NCBI GenBank assembly: GCA_963813335.1
Contig: CAWEYL010000001.1
Coordinates: 128,001 to 192,000, forward strand
Source of the DNA: an uncultured Chloroflexia bacterium
GTDB lineage: Bacteria > Chloroflexota > Limnocylindria > Limnocylindrales > CSP1-4
Reading direction: 5' to 3'
DNA length: 64,000 nucleotides
Under the pieces are notes generated by a model, which was not told the DNA's origin, ran no database searches, and saw nothing but the letters and a program-made list of their open reading frames with translations. Shown piece by piece: positions 30,645-41,382 of this stretch. Each line of letters begins with the position of its first letter. The stretch's first letter is position 1. The translations under genes and the position numbers were made by a program.

Positions 30645-32219
30645 CCGTCCCCGACGGCGTCGAGCTGCGCGGACCGGTCGTCCCGGGCCACGACCGGATC
30701 CTGACCGAGGCGTCGCTCGCGTTCGTCGCCGACCTGCAGCGCCGGTTCGGGCCGGTCCGCCTCGAGCTGCTGCGGCGGCGCGCGGAGCGGCAGGCCGAGA
30801 TCGACGCCGGGGTGCGGCCCGACTTCCTCGTCGCCACCCGCGATGTCCGCGAGTCCGAGTGGACGGTCGCGCCGGCCCCGGCCGACCTCGTCGACCGGCG
30901 CGTCGAGATCACCGGTCCGGCCGAGCCCAAGATGATGATCAACGCCCTCAACTCCGGGGCGCGCGTGTTCATGGCCGACCTCGAGGACGCCCTCTCGCCG
31001 ACCTGGGCCAACGTGATCGCCGGCCAGGCCGCGATCGCGGACGCGACCCGGGGCACGCTGACCTTCGACGCGCCCGACGGCAAGGCGTACCGGCTGGACG
31101 AGGCGACGGGCGACGCTCGTCGTCCGGCCCCGGGGCTGGCACCTCGTCGAGTCGCACGTGCTGGTGGACGGCACGCCGGTCTCGGCCTCGCTGTTCGACG
31201 TCGGGATGTACCTGTTCCACTCCGGGGCGGCGGCGATCGAGGCGGGGAGCGGCCCGTACCTGTACCTCGCCAAGCTCGAGTCGCACCACGAGGCGCGCCT
31301 CTGGAACGACGTCTTCGTCCATGCCCAGGCGGCGCTCGGGATCCCGCGCGGGACCATCCGGGCGACCGTGCTGATCGAGACGATCCTCGCCGCGTTCGAG
31401 ATGGACGAGATCCTCTCCGAGCTGCGCGAGCACGCCGCGGGCCTCAACGCCGGTCGCTGGGACTACCTGTTCAGCGCGATCAAGAAGTTCCGGACCGACC
31501 CGCGGATGGCGACCCCCGACCGCGCCCAGCTGACGATGACGGTGCCGTTCATGCGGGCGTATACCGAGCTCCTCGTCCAGACCTGCCATCGACGCGGGGC
31601 GCACGCGATCGGCGGGATGGCGGCGTTCATCCCGAACCGGCGCGACCCCGAGGTGACCGAGCGGGCGCTGGCCCGCGTCCGCGACGACAAGGTCCGCGAG
31701 AGCGGCGACGGCTTCGACGGGACGTGGGTCGCCCACCCGGACCTCGTGCCGGTCGCGCTGGAGGTCTTCGACGGCGTCCTCGGCGACCGCCCGAACCAGA
31801 AGGAGCGGACCCGCGACGAGGTGGCCGTCACGGCCGCGGAGCTGCTGGACTTCCGCGTCGACGGCGGCACGGTCACCGTCGCCGGCGTGCGCGCGAACAT
31901 CCGCGTGGCGCTCGCGTACCTCGATTCGTGGCTGCGCGGCGTCGGCGCGGCCGCCATCGACAACCTGATGGAGGACGCGGCGACCGCCGAGATCAGCCGC
32001 TCGCAGCTCTGGATGTGGATCACCCAGGCGGTCGTCCTCGACGACGGGACGGCCGTCGACCCCGAGCGCTACGCCGCGATCCGCGACGAGGAGCTGGCAC
32101 GGCTCGGCGGGGCGGGGGAGGGCCGCCTCGCGGAGGCCGCCGACCTGCTCGATCGCCTGGTGCTCGGCGACGACTTCGCCGACTTCCTCACCCTCCGGGC
32201 GTACGCCATCCTCGAATGA
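30641..32219 (+). CDS. aceB: Malate synthase A; frameshift near ~31110
   Basis: [67 protein letters not shown]. Confidence 0.93.
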
Positions 32220-32229
32220 CCGCGACCGC

Positions 32230-32274
32230 TTGACACGCTCCGCGGATGGGCGTATATATCGGCCATCGATATAT
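32230..32274 (+). promoter_or_regulatory. sigma70 promoter with PadR operator
   Basis: TTGACA (32230) with TATATA 17 nt downstream; palindrome ATATATCG-gccat-CGATATAT (32254-32274). Confidence 0.75.
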
Positions 32275-32300
32275 CGACCATCGTAACAGCAGGAGTCCAC

Positions 32301-32624
32301 ATGGAGCGGAACGCCCCGGAGTTCGGACGGTTCACCGAGCCGTCGCTGCTCATCCTCGTCAGCCTGAGCGACGGGCCGAAGCACGGCTACGCGATCATGC
32401 AGGACGTCGAAGCGGGCACGGGCCGGCCGATGGGTGCCGGCACGCTCTATGCCGCCCTCACCCGACTCGAGGCCGAGGGCTTCGTCGAGCCACTGGCGCC
32501 GGTCGACCGGCGCCGGCCCTATCGCCTGACCGCGATCGGCGCCTCGATGCTCGCCGAGCAGCTCCGCGGCCTGTCCGAGTTCGCCCAGCAGGGCCTTCGG
32601 CAGCTGCACGAGCTCGAACCATGA
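32301..32624 (+). CDS. PadR-family transcriptional regulator
   Basis: ILVSL..GPKHGYAIM, GTLYAALTRLE, RRRPYRLT. Confidence 0.93.
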   Translation: MERNAPEFGRFTEPSLLILVSLSDGPKHGYAIMQDVEAGTGRPMGAGTLYAALTRLEAEGFVEPLAPVDRRRPYRLTAIGASMLAEQLRGLSEFAQQGLRQLHELEP

Positions 32625-33349
32625 GAACGCTGCTGATCCGCTGCTATCCCGCCCGGTGGCGGGCTCGCTACGGCGACGAGTTCCTGGCGATCCTCGAGGA
32701 GCGCCCGCTCGGCCCGTACGACGTGGCGGACATCCTCCTCGGCGCGCTCGACGCGCGACTCCGGTCGCAGCGAGCCGCCGCTTCGCCCGAAAGGGGTTTT
32801 CCCATGTCGCTCCGTCTCGGCGGCATCGCCGCCATCATCGGTGCCGTCCTCTGGGCGGTCGCCGGCCTGCTCTCGATCGGCGTGGCCGGCAACGTCGACG
32901 GCGCCGTCCCGGTCGCGATGTTGATGACCGGCATGGTCGTGCTGCTCGTGGCCGTGGCCGGTCTCAGCGCCTTCCAGGCTCGGACCCACCCCGGGGCCAT
33001 CTGGGTCGCCTTTGCCGTGACCGCGATCGGGACGCTCACGTTCTTCGCCGGCTACATCGGGTCGGTCGTCCTGGCCGAGGACGGGTTCTGGGGCCTGTGG
33101 TTCATCGGGGTCATGACCGTCATGCTCGGATCGGGGCTGTTTGCCGCAGTGACGTACCGGACACGGGTCCTGTCGCGCGGCGGTGCCGCCCTCATCGGGA
33201 TCGGGATCGTGGTCATCCTCAGCGAGGCCGTTACTTCTATCGCGGCCCTGATCCCCATCGGGATGGCGTTGTTCGCGCTCGGGTGGCTCGCGCTCGGGGT
33301 CCAGGCGATCCGCGTGGACCGACCGTCCACGGCGACGAGTCCGGCCTGA
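32621..33349 (+). CDS. PadR-associated membrane protein
   Basis: N-terminal LLIRCYPARWRARYGDEF motif typical of PadR partners, followed by about 6 TM helices. Confidence 0.8.
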   Translation: MRTLLIRCYPARWRARYGDEFLAILEERPLGPYDVADILLGALDARLRSQRAAASPERGFPMSLRLGGIAAIIGAVLWAVAGLLSIGVAGNVDGAVPVAMLMTGMVVLLVAVAGLSAFQARTHPGAIWVAFAVTAIGTLTFFAGYIGSVVLAEDGFWGLWFIGVMTVMLGSGLFAAVTYRTRVLSRGGAALIGIGIVVILSEAVTSIAALIPIGMALFALGWLALGVQAIRVDRPSTATSPA

Positions 33350-33380
33350 GCTGGGAGATCGACCAACGACGAGACCGTCG

Positions 33381-34793
33381 TCAGGCTTCGATCGGCCCTC
33401 GCTCGATGAACCGCCCGAACCCGCGCTGACCGACGAAGGCGCCGTCGCGGATGACGGCGGCGCCGCGCACGAAGACCGATCGGACGGCCCCGGCGACCTC
33501 CATCCCCTCGTACGGCGTGTAGTCGCTCGTGTGGTGGAGGTCGCCGGCGTGGATGGTCCGGGTCACGCTCGGGTCGAAGAGGACGATGTCGGCGTCCTTG
33601 CCGACCCCGAGCACGCCCTTGGTCGCCAGGCCGAACCGGCGGGCCGGGGTCGTGGCGATCAGGTCGACCATCCGCTCGAGGGTGATGCGGCCGGTGGCGA
33701 CGCCGCGGCCGTAGAGGACGGCGAGCAGGGTCTCGATGCCGGGCGCGCCGTTGCTGATCTCGTTGAACGGCACGCCGCGGGCCGCGTCGCCCTTCTCGAC
33801 CGCCATCCGGTCCGGGACGTGGTCCGTGGCGACCAGGTCGAGCGAGCCGTCGGCGAGCCCCGCCCAGAGGGCGTCCTGGTCGGTCGCGGAGCGGAGCGGC
33901 GGCGAGATCACGTAGCCCGCGCAGCGGGCCGGGTCCGGCTCGTCGTAGACCGCGTCCGTGAACGCCAGGTAGTGGGGGCAAGTCTCGGCCGAGACGCGGA
34001 CGCCGGCCGCCTTCGCGCGGCGGACCTCGTCGAGCGCGGCGGCCGAGCTCAGGTGGACGACGTGGACGGGCGCCCCCGCCTGCCGCGCGAACGCGAGCGC
34101 TCGCGCGGTGGCGACCGCCTCGACGAACGGCGGTCGCGTGGCAGCGTGGTAGCGCGGTAGCACGTCACCACGCTGCAAGGCGTCGGCGATGGCCGCGTCG
34201 AGCAGGATCGGGTCCTCGCAGTGGACCTGGAGCATCCCACCGTGGCGGCCCATCACCCGCATCGCCTCGAAGAGCCGCGCGTCGGGCAGCCGGAAGTCGA
34301 ACACCATGAAGGCCTTCGAGGTCGCCACGCCGGCGTCGATGGTCGCGGGCAGCTCGGCGAGCGGGTCGTCGCAGCGGCCGCTGACCACCAGGCTCAGCCC
34401 GACATCGATCGCGCTGTCGCCGTCCGTCGCCGCGCGCCACTCCCGGACGCCCGTCAGCAGCGACCGTTCGGCCGCGGGCGACGACCCGGTGCCCGGGTTG
34501 TTGAAGGCGAGGAACGTGGTCGTGCCACCGAACGCGGCGGCAACGGAATCCTGGAAGAACCGGTCGGGCTCGGCGTCACTGCCGACCCGGGTGTGCGTGT
34601 GCACGTCGACCGCGCCGGGCAGCAGGAGGAGCCCGCTGGCGTCGATGGTCTCGCGGGCACTCGCCCGGAGGCCGCCGAGGTCGGGCTCGACCGCCTCGAT
34701 CCGCCCGGCGCTGATGGCGACATCGGCCCGCCGCGACCCGTCCGCGCGGACGACCGTCCCGCCCGTGATGAGGAGATCCGGCGTGCCCGTCAC
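33381..34793 (-). CDS. Cyclic amidohydrolase (dihydropyrimidinase/hydantoinase/allantoinase-like)
   Basis: LPGAVDVHTH, AAFGGTTT, KAFM (carbamylated Lys), HCED, HVVHLS, ETCPHYL, SPPLR, ATDH, GKDADIVLFDP. Confidence 0.9.
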   Translation of the reverse strand: MTGTPDLLITGGTVVRADGSRRADVAISAGRIEAVEPDLGGLRASARETIDASGLLLLPGAVDVHTHTRVGSDAEPDRFFQDSVAAAFGGTTTFLAFNNPGTGSSPAAERSLLTGVREWRAATDGDSAIDVGLSLVVSGRCDDPLAELPATIDAGVATSKAFMVFDFRLPDARLFEAMRVMGRHGGMLQVHCEDPILLDAAIADALQRGDVLPRYHAATRPPFVEAVATARALAFARQAGAPVHVVHLSSAAALDEVRRAKAAGVRVSAETCPHYLAFTDAVYDEPDPARCAGYVISPPLRSATDQDALWAGLADGSLDLVATDHVPDRMAVEKGDAARGVPFNEISNGAPGIETLLAVLYGRGVATGRITLERMVDLIATTPARRFGLATKGVLGVGKDADIVLFDPSVTRTIHAGDLHHTSDYTPYEGMEVAGAVRSVFVRGAAVIRDGAFVGQRGFGRFIERGPIEA

Positions 34794-36132
34794 CGGGGCA
34801 GGATAGCGGCCTCCAGCACCGGATCCCGGCCGGCCAGCCAGTCCGCCGACGAGAACGGCACGGCCACGTCGGGCGCGATCGTGATCCGCGGGTCGTCGGC
34901 GGTGCTCTTGACCCAGTAGCGCGTGGCGACGTAGACGTCGATCGGCCCGAGCGGTCCATAGGGCAGGCGCGTCGGCCGGACGTCGCCGTAGAGGTTCGGG
35001 CTGCCGCCCATCGGCTCCCCGACGAAGCGCGCTCCCGTGGTCTGCTCGAGCTCCGTCGCGAAATTGGCCGCGGCCGAGAACGTGACGCGCCCGATGAGGA
35101 CCGCCAGCCGGCCCGGCCGGTCGATGGCTGGATCCTGGAGGGCCTCGAGCAGGCGTCGGTAGGTGGTGTTGTCGCCGCCGCCGTTGTTGCGCAGGTCCAC
35201 GACGACCCGGTCGACGCCGGGCTCCTTCGCGCGGGCGAGGATCTCGTCCGCGACGGCGTTGATGCCGCCGCGGACCTCGTTGTACTGGACGTAGAGCGTC
35301 CGCGAGTCGGCGAGGAACGTCCACCACAGGGCGTCGTGCTTGCGGCTGAGCCACAGCGGCGATCCCGTCGGCGGCAGCGTGAGCGGGTCGCCGCCATGCC
35401 ACGCGACGTCGTCGTCGGCCAGGATCGGCGCGATCCGGACATCGCGCGACGGCGCATCGGGTCCCGGCCCGGCGACGGTGAAGGTGGCCGGGCCCGACGG
35501 ACTCGATGACGCCCAGGCCGGCCAGCAGCTCGCTGGTCCGCAGGTACAGCGGCGCGTACGCCGAGCAGGTTGGACGGGTTGTCGCGCGGCGCGAGCGGCT
35601 CGACCGCGGCCATGACGTCGGCGATGGGATGGCCGTCGATGGCTTCGACCCGCGAGCCGACGAGGTCCCCGTACGGCGCCTTCGCCGCGGTGATCACGAG
35701 GCCGTCGCTGAACCGCCACATGAGGATCGGGTACACGTGGGTGCCACTCCCCGGAGTGAACGGGAAGACCCCGGTGTGGCCGTCGCGCCCGCCCCAGCCG
35801 GGCATCGAGGCGAGGCGGACGACGTCGACGAGGGCGGCGTCGTCGTCGATGGTCGGGATCCGCGCCTTGGCGGAATCGGCCGCCGCGACCCAGGTGGCAC
35901 GGTCGATGTCGTGCCACGGATCGGGGTGGAGCCGCTCGCGGGATTCGAGCAGCGCATCGATGTCGGCGCGCCAGCCTTCGTCGCGGGTGAGGGCTGCCGA
36001 CGCCGAGGGCGCTGCCGACGCCGATGGCGCGGGCGCGGTCGTCGGTGCGGGCGTGGCCGTCGGTGCGATCGCCTGGCCGCAGCCGGCCAGGAGGAGGGCG
36101 GCGACCAGGGCGGCGGCGCTCGGTCGGCGCAT
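34790..36132 (-). CDS. S41-like peptidase lipoprotein; indels near ~35500-35565
   Basis: Lipobox LLAGC, DGHT, VVDLRNNGGG, TFSAA, VGEPMGG, IAPD. Confidence 0.8.
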
Positions 36133-36133
36133 C

Positions 36134-36604
36134 TCAGGCCGACGCTTCCATGGTGTCGTCGATCAGGTTCGCCTCGGCGGTCGACGCCGCCTCGCCGATC
36201 ATCCGCAGCGTGGTCCGCGCGGCGTCCCCGTCGAGCGTGAGCGCGGCCATGAACCGTCGATCGGCCTCCTCGAACGCCCGGCTCGCGGACGCATGGGCGC
36301 CGAGGCCCTCGTCGGTCAGGGCCAGCTGATAGGACCGCCGGTCGGCCGGGACCGGCTGGCGGATCGCGTGGCCGCGCTCGATGAGCGCCCGGACGTAGTG
36401 GGACATCGAGGTCGGCGGCATCCCGACCCGACGCGCGAGGTCCGTCGGCGTCTGCGGACCCTCGTCGAACAGGACGCTGTAGACCGCGTAGTCGTCGGGC
36501 GTCAGCGTCGCGTCGGCCATCGCGCGCTGCACCAGCGTGCGCACCCGCTGCTGGGTCGCGAAGAGCTCGAACAGGACCGAGAGGTGCGAGGAGGGCTGCC
36601 GCAT
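36134..36604 (-). CDS. MarR-family transcriptional regulator
   Basis: TPTDLARRVGM..TSMSHYVRALIERGH, DRRSYQLALTDEG. Confidence 0.92.
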   Translation of the reverse strand: MRQPSSHLSVLFELFATQQRVRTLVQRAMADATLTPDDYAVYSVLFDEGPQTPTDLARRVGMPPTSMSHYVRALIERGHAIRQPVPADRRSYQLALTDEGLGAHASASRAFEEADRRFMAALTLDGDAARTTLRMIGEAASTAEANLIDDTMEASA

Positions 36605-36610
36605 CGGGGA

Positions 36611-36632
36611 GATGCTACCAGATGGTAGTATC
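36611..36632. promoter_or_regulatory. MarR operator overlapping the -10 box
   Basis: GATGCTACCA-ga-TGGTAGTATC near-perfect palindrome; TAGCAT on minus, 7 nt from the ATG. Confidence 0.75.
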
Positions 36633-36637
36633 TCGCG

Positions 36638-36820
36638 GGATATGCACGAGTTCCAGGGGGATGACCTTCCGAATCATCGATGCACCTCGGATGCATATCG
36701 TCGCCCGGATCGATACGCGCTCCGGTCGGGTGCCCGAGCCAGGCCCGCGCGCTCGCCCTTGATGCAGCCGAGGTGCATCACGATTCCGGAAAGGGGTCCC
36801 TCGGCGAAACGTGCATATCG
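36638..36820. repeat. Inverted doublet of the ~61-bp repeat unit (copy 2)
   Basis: GGATATGCACGA-N30-ATGCACCTCGGATGCATAT (36638-36698) facing ATGCAGCCGAGGTGCAT-N30-ACGTGCATATCG (36762-36820). Confidence 0.9.
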
Positions 36821-36890
36821 CGGGCGCGCGGGCGACCGGGCGCAGCGGGCGCGCCAGACGACCGCGCGGGCGCGCGGCGCACACGAAGCG

Positions 36891-37314
36891 CTACTCGACC
36901 TCGCTGATCCGGATCGGCTGGGCGCCCTCCCAAAGGCAGCGCCGCCCGACCTCGCGCAGGCGGTCGGCCCAGCCGTCGTCGGGCTCGACCGGACGCGAAC
37001 ACGTTCGCGGCCAGCTGGCCCACCTTGGAGGCCGTCGTGCACCCGCCGTACGGGAAGAAGATCTCGCATTCGCTGATGCCGCCCGGATAGATCGCCAGCT
37101 GGCCGGGCGCGGGATGCGAGGTGTGGTTCTCGTAGTCGAGCCCGGGCCGGAAGTCCCCGAACGGGATCCAGGTCGACTCGCCCGTCCAGCGGCAGTGGAT
37201 CAGCTTCGACTCGATCGGCAGCATCCGCCGGATGGCGTCGACGGTCCGCGGGGCCGCCGGGTCCCAGCGGGCGCTAAAGTGCAGGTCACCGACCTCGATG
37301 CGCAGCGTTCCCAT
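36891..37314 (-). CDS. DUF3830-family protein (cyclophilin-like fold); frameshift near ~37000
   Basis: APRT, LIHCRWTGESTWIP, ENHTSHPAPGQLAIYPGGISECEI, GQLAAN, LWEGAQPI. Confidence 0.85.
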
Positions 37315-37328
37315 CCGCGGAGGATAGC

Positions 37329-37676
37329 GTGGCGGCCCAGCCCGACGAGACGCGTCCCACCATCTCGACGCACGTCCTCGACGCCGACCGCGGCATGCCC
37401 GCCGTCGGTGTCCGGGTCGCCCTGCTCCGCCTCGACGTCGGCGATGCCCCCATCCGCATGACCCAGGCCCTCACCGACGCCGACGGCCGGGTCCGCGACC
37501 TCCTCGAGCGACCGCTCGCGGCCGGCGACTACCGCATCGAATTCGATGTCGCGCGCGAGGACGGCACGTTCTTCACGAAGCTGTCGGTCGACCTGCGCAT
37601 CACGGACGTCACCCGCAGCTACCACGTCCCGCTGCTGCTCTCGCCCTATTCGATGACGACCTACCGGGGCAGCTGA
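37329..37676 (+). CDS. uraH: 5-hydroxyisourate hydrolase
   Basis: ISTHVLD..G.PA, TDADGR, YHVPLLLSPYSMTTYRGS (diagnostic YRGS C-terminus). Confidence 0.95.
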   Translation: MAAQPDETRPTISTHVLDADRGMPAVGVRVALLRLDVGDAPIRMTQALTDADGRVRDLLERPLAAGDYRIEFDVAREDGTFFTKLSVDLRITDVTRSYHVPLLLSPYSMTTYRGS

Positions 37677-37698
37677 CGACCGAGTCGCGCCGGTTCGC

Positions 37699-39813
37699 CT
37701 AGCGCATCAGGACGAGCGCGTCGAGGTCGAAGCGGGGATGGCTCCCGCCACCGACGACCACGAGCTTGACCGTGTGCGAGCCGCTCGACGACCACGCTCG
37801 GGTGAGCACGACGACGCGCGACTTGGTCGCGCTCGCATGCAGGTCGACGACCCCGACGTAGACCCCGTCCACCCAGGCCTTGGCCTGGCCGCGCGACGGC
37901 CCGCGCGTCGCCACGATCCCGAACGCCTGGCCGGTGAACCGCAGCGTGACGCTCGCCCCGGCCTTGGTGGCCGAGCGCTCGCGACCGCCCGACGAGGCCC
38001 TGATCGAGGCCGACGACCACGAGCCGCTGTACGTGGCGAACGAGGTGGTCTCCTGGTAGATGCGCGGCTCGAACGTCCGTCCGGTCATCCAGCCGCTGAC
38101 GTTGCCGGCCCGGTCGCGGGCGCGGACCTCCATCGCGTACGGCGTCTTGAAGGTCAGCGTCTTGTACGCCGTCTGCCCGAGCGTCCCGGCCAGCTGGGTC
38201 TGGAACGGGCCGCCGCGGGTGCTGACGGCCGTGTCGTAGCTCTGGATACCGGACATGTCGTCGGTGGCGGCCAGCCACGTCGAGCGGCTGGGGGTCGTGG
38301 TGGTCGTCACGACGGAGCCGCTCACGAACCCGAAGACCGTGGCCGGGTGTGCCGTCGGCGGGGTCGCGTCGAGGACCCAGAAGGAGTCGACCATCCGGCC
38401 CGAGGCCGTGAGGCCCTTGGTCAGCGGCAGGGGCTTCCCGCCCTTGATGATCTTGGCCCGGAGCGCCAGCGGGTCGTTGGCCAGCGACGGCAGGGCCGAG
38501 GCGATCAGCGCGGCCGTGCCGGTCGCATGGGGAGCGGCCATCGAGGTCCCGTCGAGCCAGTCCCAGCCCAGATCGAAGTGGCCGTGGTCGCCGTCGTAGG
38601 CCGGCACGCTCGAGAGGATGCCGACGCCGGGCGCGGCGATGTCGACCGAGACCTTGCCGTAGTTCGAGAAGTCGGCGAGCTCGCCGTTATTGTCCACGGC
38701 CGCGACCGAGAGGATGTTCGGGAGGTCCCACGAGGCCGGCAGCGCCGGGAACGTCTCCTGGTCGTTGTCGATGCCGTCGTTCCCGGCGGAGACCACAAAG
38801 AGCATCCCCGAGTCCGCGATCGCGGCCTTCAGATCCTTCGCGCTGTCCAGCCGGCCGCGGCCGCTCCACGAGTTGTTGGCGATGCGGACGCCGAAGTGCT
38901 TGGCGTAGGCGATGGCCTCGATGGCCTGCGAGTCGAAGCCGCACGCGTCGTCGTCGCCGAGGAACTTGAGGGCCATGAGCTTGATTGACGGCGCGACCCC
39001 GACCACGCCCTGGCCGTCGAGGGCCGCCGCGATCGTGCCGGCGACGTGGGTGCCGTGGAAGTCGTCGTTGACGTCATGGACGGTGTTGTCGTCGTGGCAG
39101 AAGTCCCAGCCGTGGACGTCGTCGACGTAGCCGTTGCCGTCGTTGTCGATCCCGTCGGTCTCCTTGCCGCCGCCCAATTCGCCCGGGTTGGTCCAGGCCT
39201 GGGCGGCGAGGTCGGGGTGGCTGAAGTCGATGCCGTCGTCGATGACCGCGACGACGACGCTCGGGTCGCCGGTCGTGACCGCGAGGGCCGAGGCGGCGTC
39301 GAGGTCGACATGGGGCTTGCCCTGGGTCCCGGCGACGCCGCCGAACAGCTTCTGCCCGGTGTTCTCCATGGCCCATAGCTCGGGCCAGCCGGGCTCGTCC
39401 TTCGGGTCGAGGTCGCGGTAGCGCTTGTGGTCGACGCTGACGCTCTCGACGGACGGTGTCGCGGCGATGGCCGCGGTCGCGGTCGCGACCTCCGCGGGCG
39501 TCGCATCGGCGGGGAGGGCCACGACCGCGATCCCGGCCGACGGGACGTCCGCGACCGGCTCGACCGTCGGGGTGGCGGTGGCCGCGGCGCGACGCTCGGG
39601 TGCCGACGTCCCCGGGGCGAAGTGGACGATCAGGCGGACGCCGGCGTCGACGGTCCGTGGGTCGGGCCGGTCCCACGCGGGCTGCTCGCCCGCGGGGCGC
39701 GGGGCGACGATCGGCCGCGGTCCCGCGGCGGAGACCGTCAGGGTGGCCGAGAGCGCCACGGTGGCCCCGACCACCAGGGCGATCACACGAGATAGGACGT
39801 GTGCGCGGGACAT
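37699..39813 (-). CDS. Secreted S8 subtilase with C-terminal FN3-like and beta-sandwich domains
   Basis: VAVIDDGID, HGTHVAGTI, SAGN and GTSMAAPH triad; IDNDGNGYVDDVHGWDF insert; signal peptide. Confidence 0.93.
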   Translation of the reverse strand: MSRAHVLSRVIALVVGATVALSATLTVSAAGPRPIVAPRPAGEQPAWDRPDPRTVDAGVRLIVHFAPGTSAPERRAAATATPTVEPVADVPSAGIAVVALPADATPAEVATATAAIAATPSVESVSVDHKRYRDLDPKDEPGWPELWAMENTGQKLFGGVAGTQGKPHVDLDAASALAVTTGDPSVVVAVIDDGIDFSHPDLAAQAWTNPGELGGGKETDGIDNDGNGYVDDVHGWDFCHDDNTVHDVNDDFHGTHVAGTIAAALDGQGVVGVAPSIKLMALKFLGDDDACGFDSQAIEAIAYAKHFGVRIANNSWSGRGRLDSAKDLKAAIADSGMLFVVSAGNDGIDNDQETFPALPASWDLPNILSVAAVDNNGELADFSNYGKVSVDIAAPGVGILSSVPAYDGDHGHFDLGWDWLDGTSMAAPHATGTAALIASALPSLANDPLALRAKIIKGGKPLPLTKGLTASGRMVDSFWVLDATPPTAHPATVFGFVSGSVVTTTTTPSRSTWLAATDDMSGIQSYDTAVSTRGGPFQTQLAGTLGQTAYKTLTFKTPYAMEVRARDRAGNVSGWMTGRTFEPRIYQETTSFATYSGSWSSASIRASSGGRERSATKAGASVTLRFTGQAFGIVATRGPSRGQAKAWVDGVYVGVVDLHASATKSRVVVLTRAWSSSGSHTVKLVVVGGGSHPRFDLDALVLMR

Positions 39814-39914
39814 GAGCCCTCGGCTACGCGAACGAACGCAGGCGCCATCGTACGACCTCTGGCGGAAACGCTGTGCCAGCCTAGATGTCACGGGTCGGCG
39901 CCACCGTTCGGCCC

Positions 39915-41216
39915 ATGGATACCGCCGTCATCCGCCCGCTCCCGTCCAGCCCGGCACCCGCGGAGCCGTCGCCGCTGCCCACCAGGGTCCGCGTCGACGG
40001 CGACCGCATCGTGGTCGAGCGTCTCGTCCTCGGCGACGCCGGCCTGGCCGCATATCTCGCCGACCGGCCGGGCGACGACCGACCGGCCATCGTCGAGCGC
40101 GCGCTGCGCATCGGCCTGCTTGCGCTCCAGGACACCGGCGTCACGGTCAACGTGGACGTCGTGAAGACCGAGTTCGAGCGGCTCGTCCGCCAGGCCGAGC
40201 AGGTCAACGAGCGTGCGGCCGCGGCCCTGGAGCAGACGCTCCGCACCAACTTCGCGGACGGCGACGGCCGGCTGCCGCGCACCCTCGAGCGCTTCCTGGG
40301 CGACCGCGGCGCGCTGCGCGGCATGGTCGACGAGCTGTTCGACGAGAAGAAGCGCGACAGCGCCATCGGCCGGATGAGCCGGATGCTCGAGACCTACTTC
40401 GACGGCGACGCCTCGAAGCTCGCCACGCTGCTCGACCCCACCCGGCTGCACTCCCCGATGCACCAGTTCCGCGAGGAGATCGCGGCTGGGTTCAAGGGGG
40501 TCGAGGAGCGCCTGGTGGCGATCGAGGCGGCGGCCGCCGCCCGCGGTGCGGAACGGGCCCGCTCGGCGGCGAAGGGCGTCGACTTCGAGGACCTCCTCGA
40601 GGCGATGCTGGCCGACCTCGCCCGCGGCGCCGGGGACCTCCTCGACCGGACCGCCAACGATGCCGGGGCCGTCATGAAGTCCAAGAAGGGCGACTTCGTG
40701 CTGACCGTCGACGCGCGGGTCGCGCGCGGCTGCGACCTGCGCGTGGTGATCGAGGCCAAGGACCGCCCGATGTCGATGCGGGCGATCCGCGACGAGCTGC
40801 GCGAGGCCCGCGAGAACCGCGGCGCCGCCGTCGGGCTCGTGGTGTTCACCCCGGCCCACGCACCGGCCGGGGTCGCGCCGTTCAGCGTGGTCGGCGACGA
40901 GGTCTACTGCGTCATCGACCCGGAGGCGCCGGAGCCGGCGACGCTCGAGGCGGCCGTCCGCCTGGCGCGGCTGCTCGCCCTGGCCTCCCTGACCGAGCAC
41001 GAGGTCGAGGTGGACGCCGCGGCCGTCGCCTCGGCACTCACCGCGATCCGCGAGCAGCTGGAGCTGGTCCGGACGCTGAAGTCGCAGCTGACCTCGATCT
41101 CGAACGCCACCAAGGCGGTCTGGACCGGGCTCGATTCGATGCGCTCGGCCATCCTCGCCCGGGTGTCCGAGGCGGAGGCGGAGATCCGCGTCGGGACGTC
41201 GCCAGGGCCTCACTGA
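39915..41216 (+). CDS. Coiled-coil protein with central PD-(D/E)xK nuclease-like domain (RmuC/DUF2130-like architecture)
   Basis: KGVDFE..KKGDFVL..RVVIEAKDR motif flanked by long helical regions. Confidence 0.7.
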   Translation: MDTAVIRPLPSSPAPAEPSPLPTRVRVDGDRIVVERLVLGDAGLAAYLADRPGDDRPAIVERALRIGLLALQDTGVTVNVDVVKTEFERLVRQAEQVNERAAAALEQTLRTNFADGDGRLPRTLERFLGDRGALRGMVDELFDEKKRDSAIGRMSRMLETYFDGDASKLATLLDPTRLHSPMHQFREEIAAGFKGVEERLVAIEAAAAARGAERARSAAKGVDFEDLLEAMLADLARGAGDLLDRTANDAGAVMKSKKGDFVLTVDARVARGCDLRVVIEAKDRPMSMRAIRDELREARENRGAAVGLVVFTPAHAPAGVAPFSVVGDEVYCVIDPEAPEPATLEAAVRLARLLALASLTEHEVEVDAAAVASALTAIREQLELVRTLKSQLTSISNATKAVWTGLDSMRSAILARVSEAEAEIRVGTSPGPH

Positions 41217-41382
41217 ACCGAAGGTCCTATCGGGTCTGGTGGGGTCTGGGCCGGTCGGCGGTGCGTGACCGGGACCAAGGTCGGATTGGCCAAGGGTTGC
41301 CAACCGGGGGAGACTAGAGACGAACGAGGCCGATCGTCGCGTCGATCCGCGCCACGTGGTCAAGCCCGGACCCGGAGTGTTC

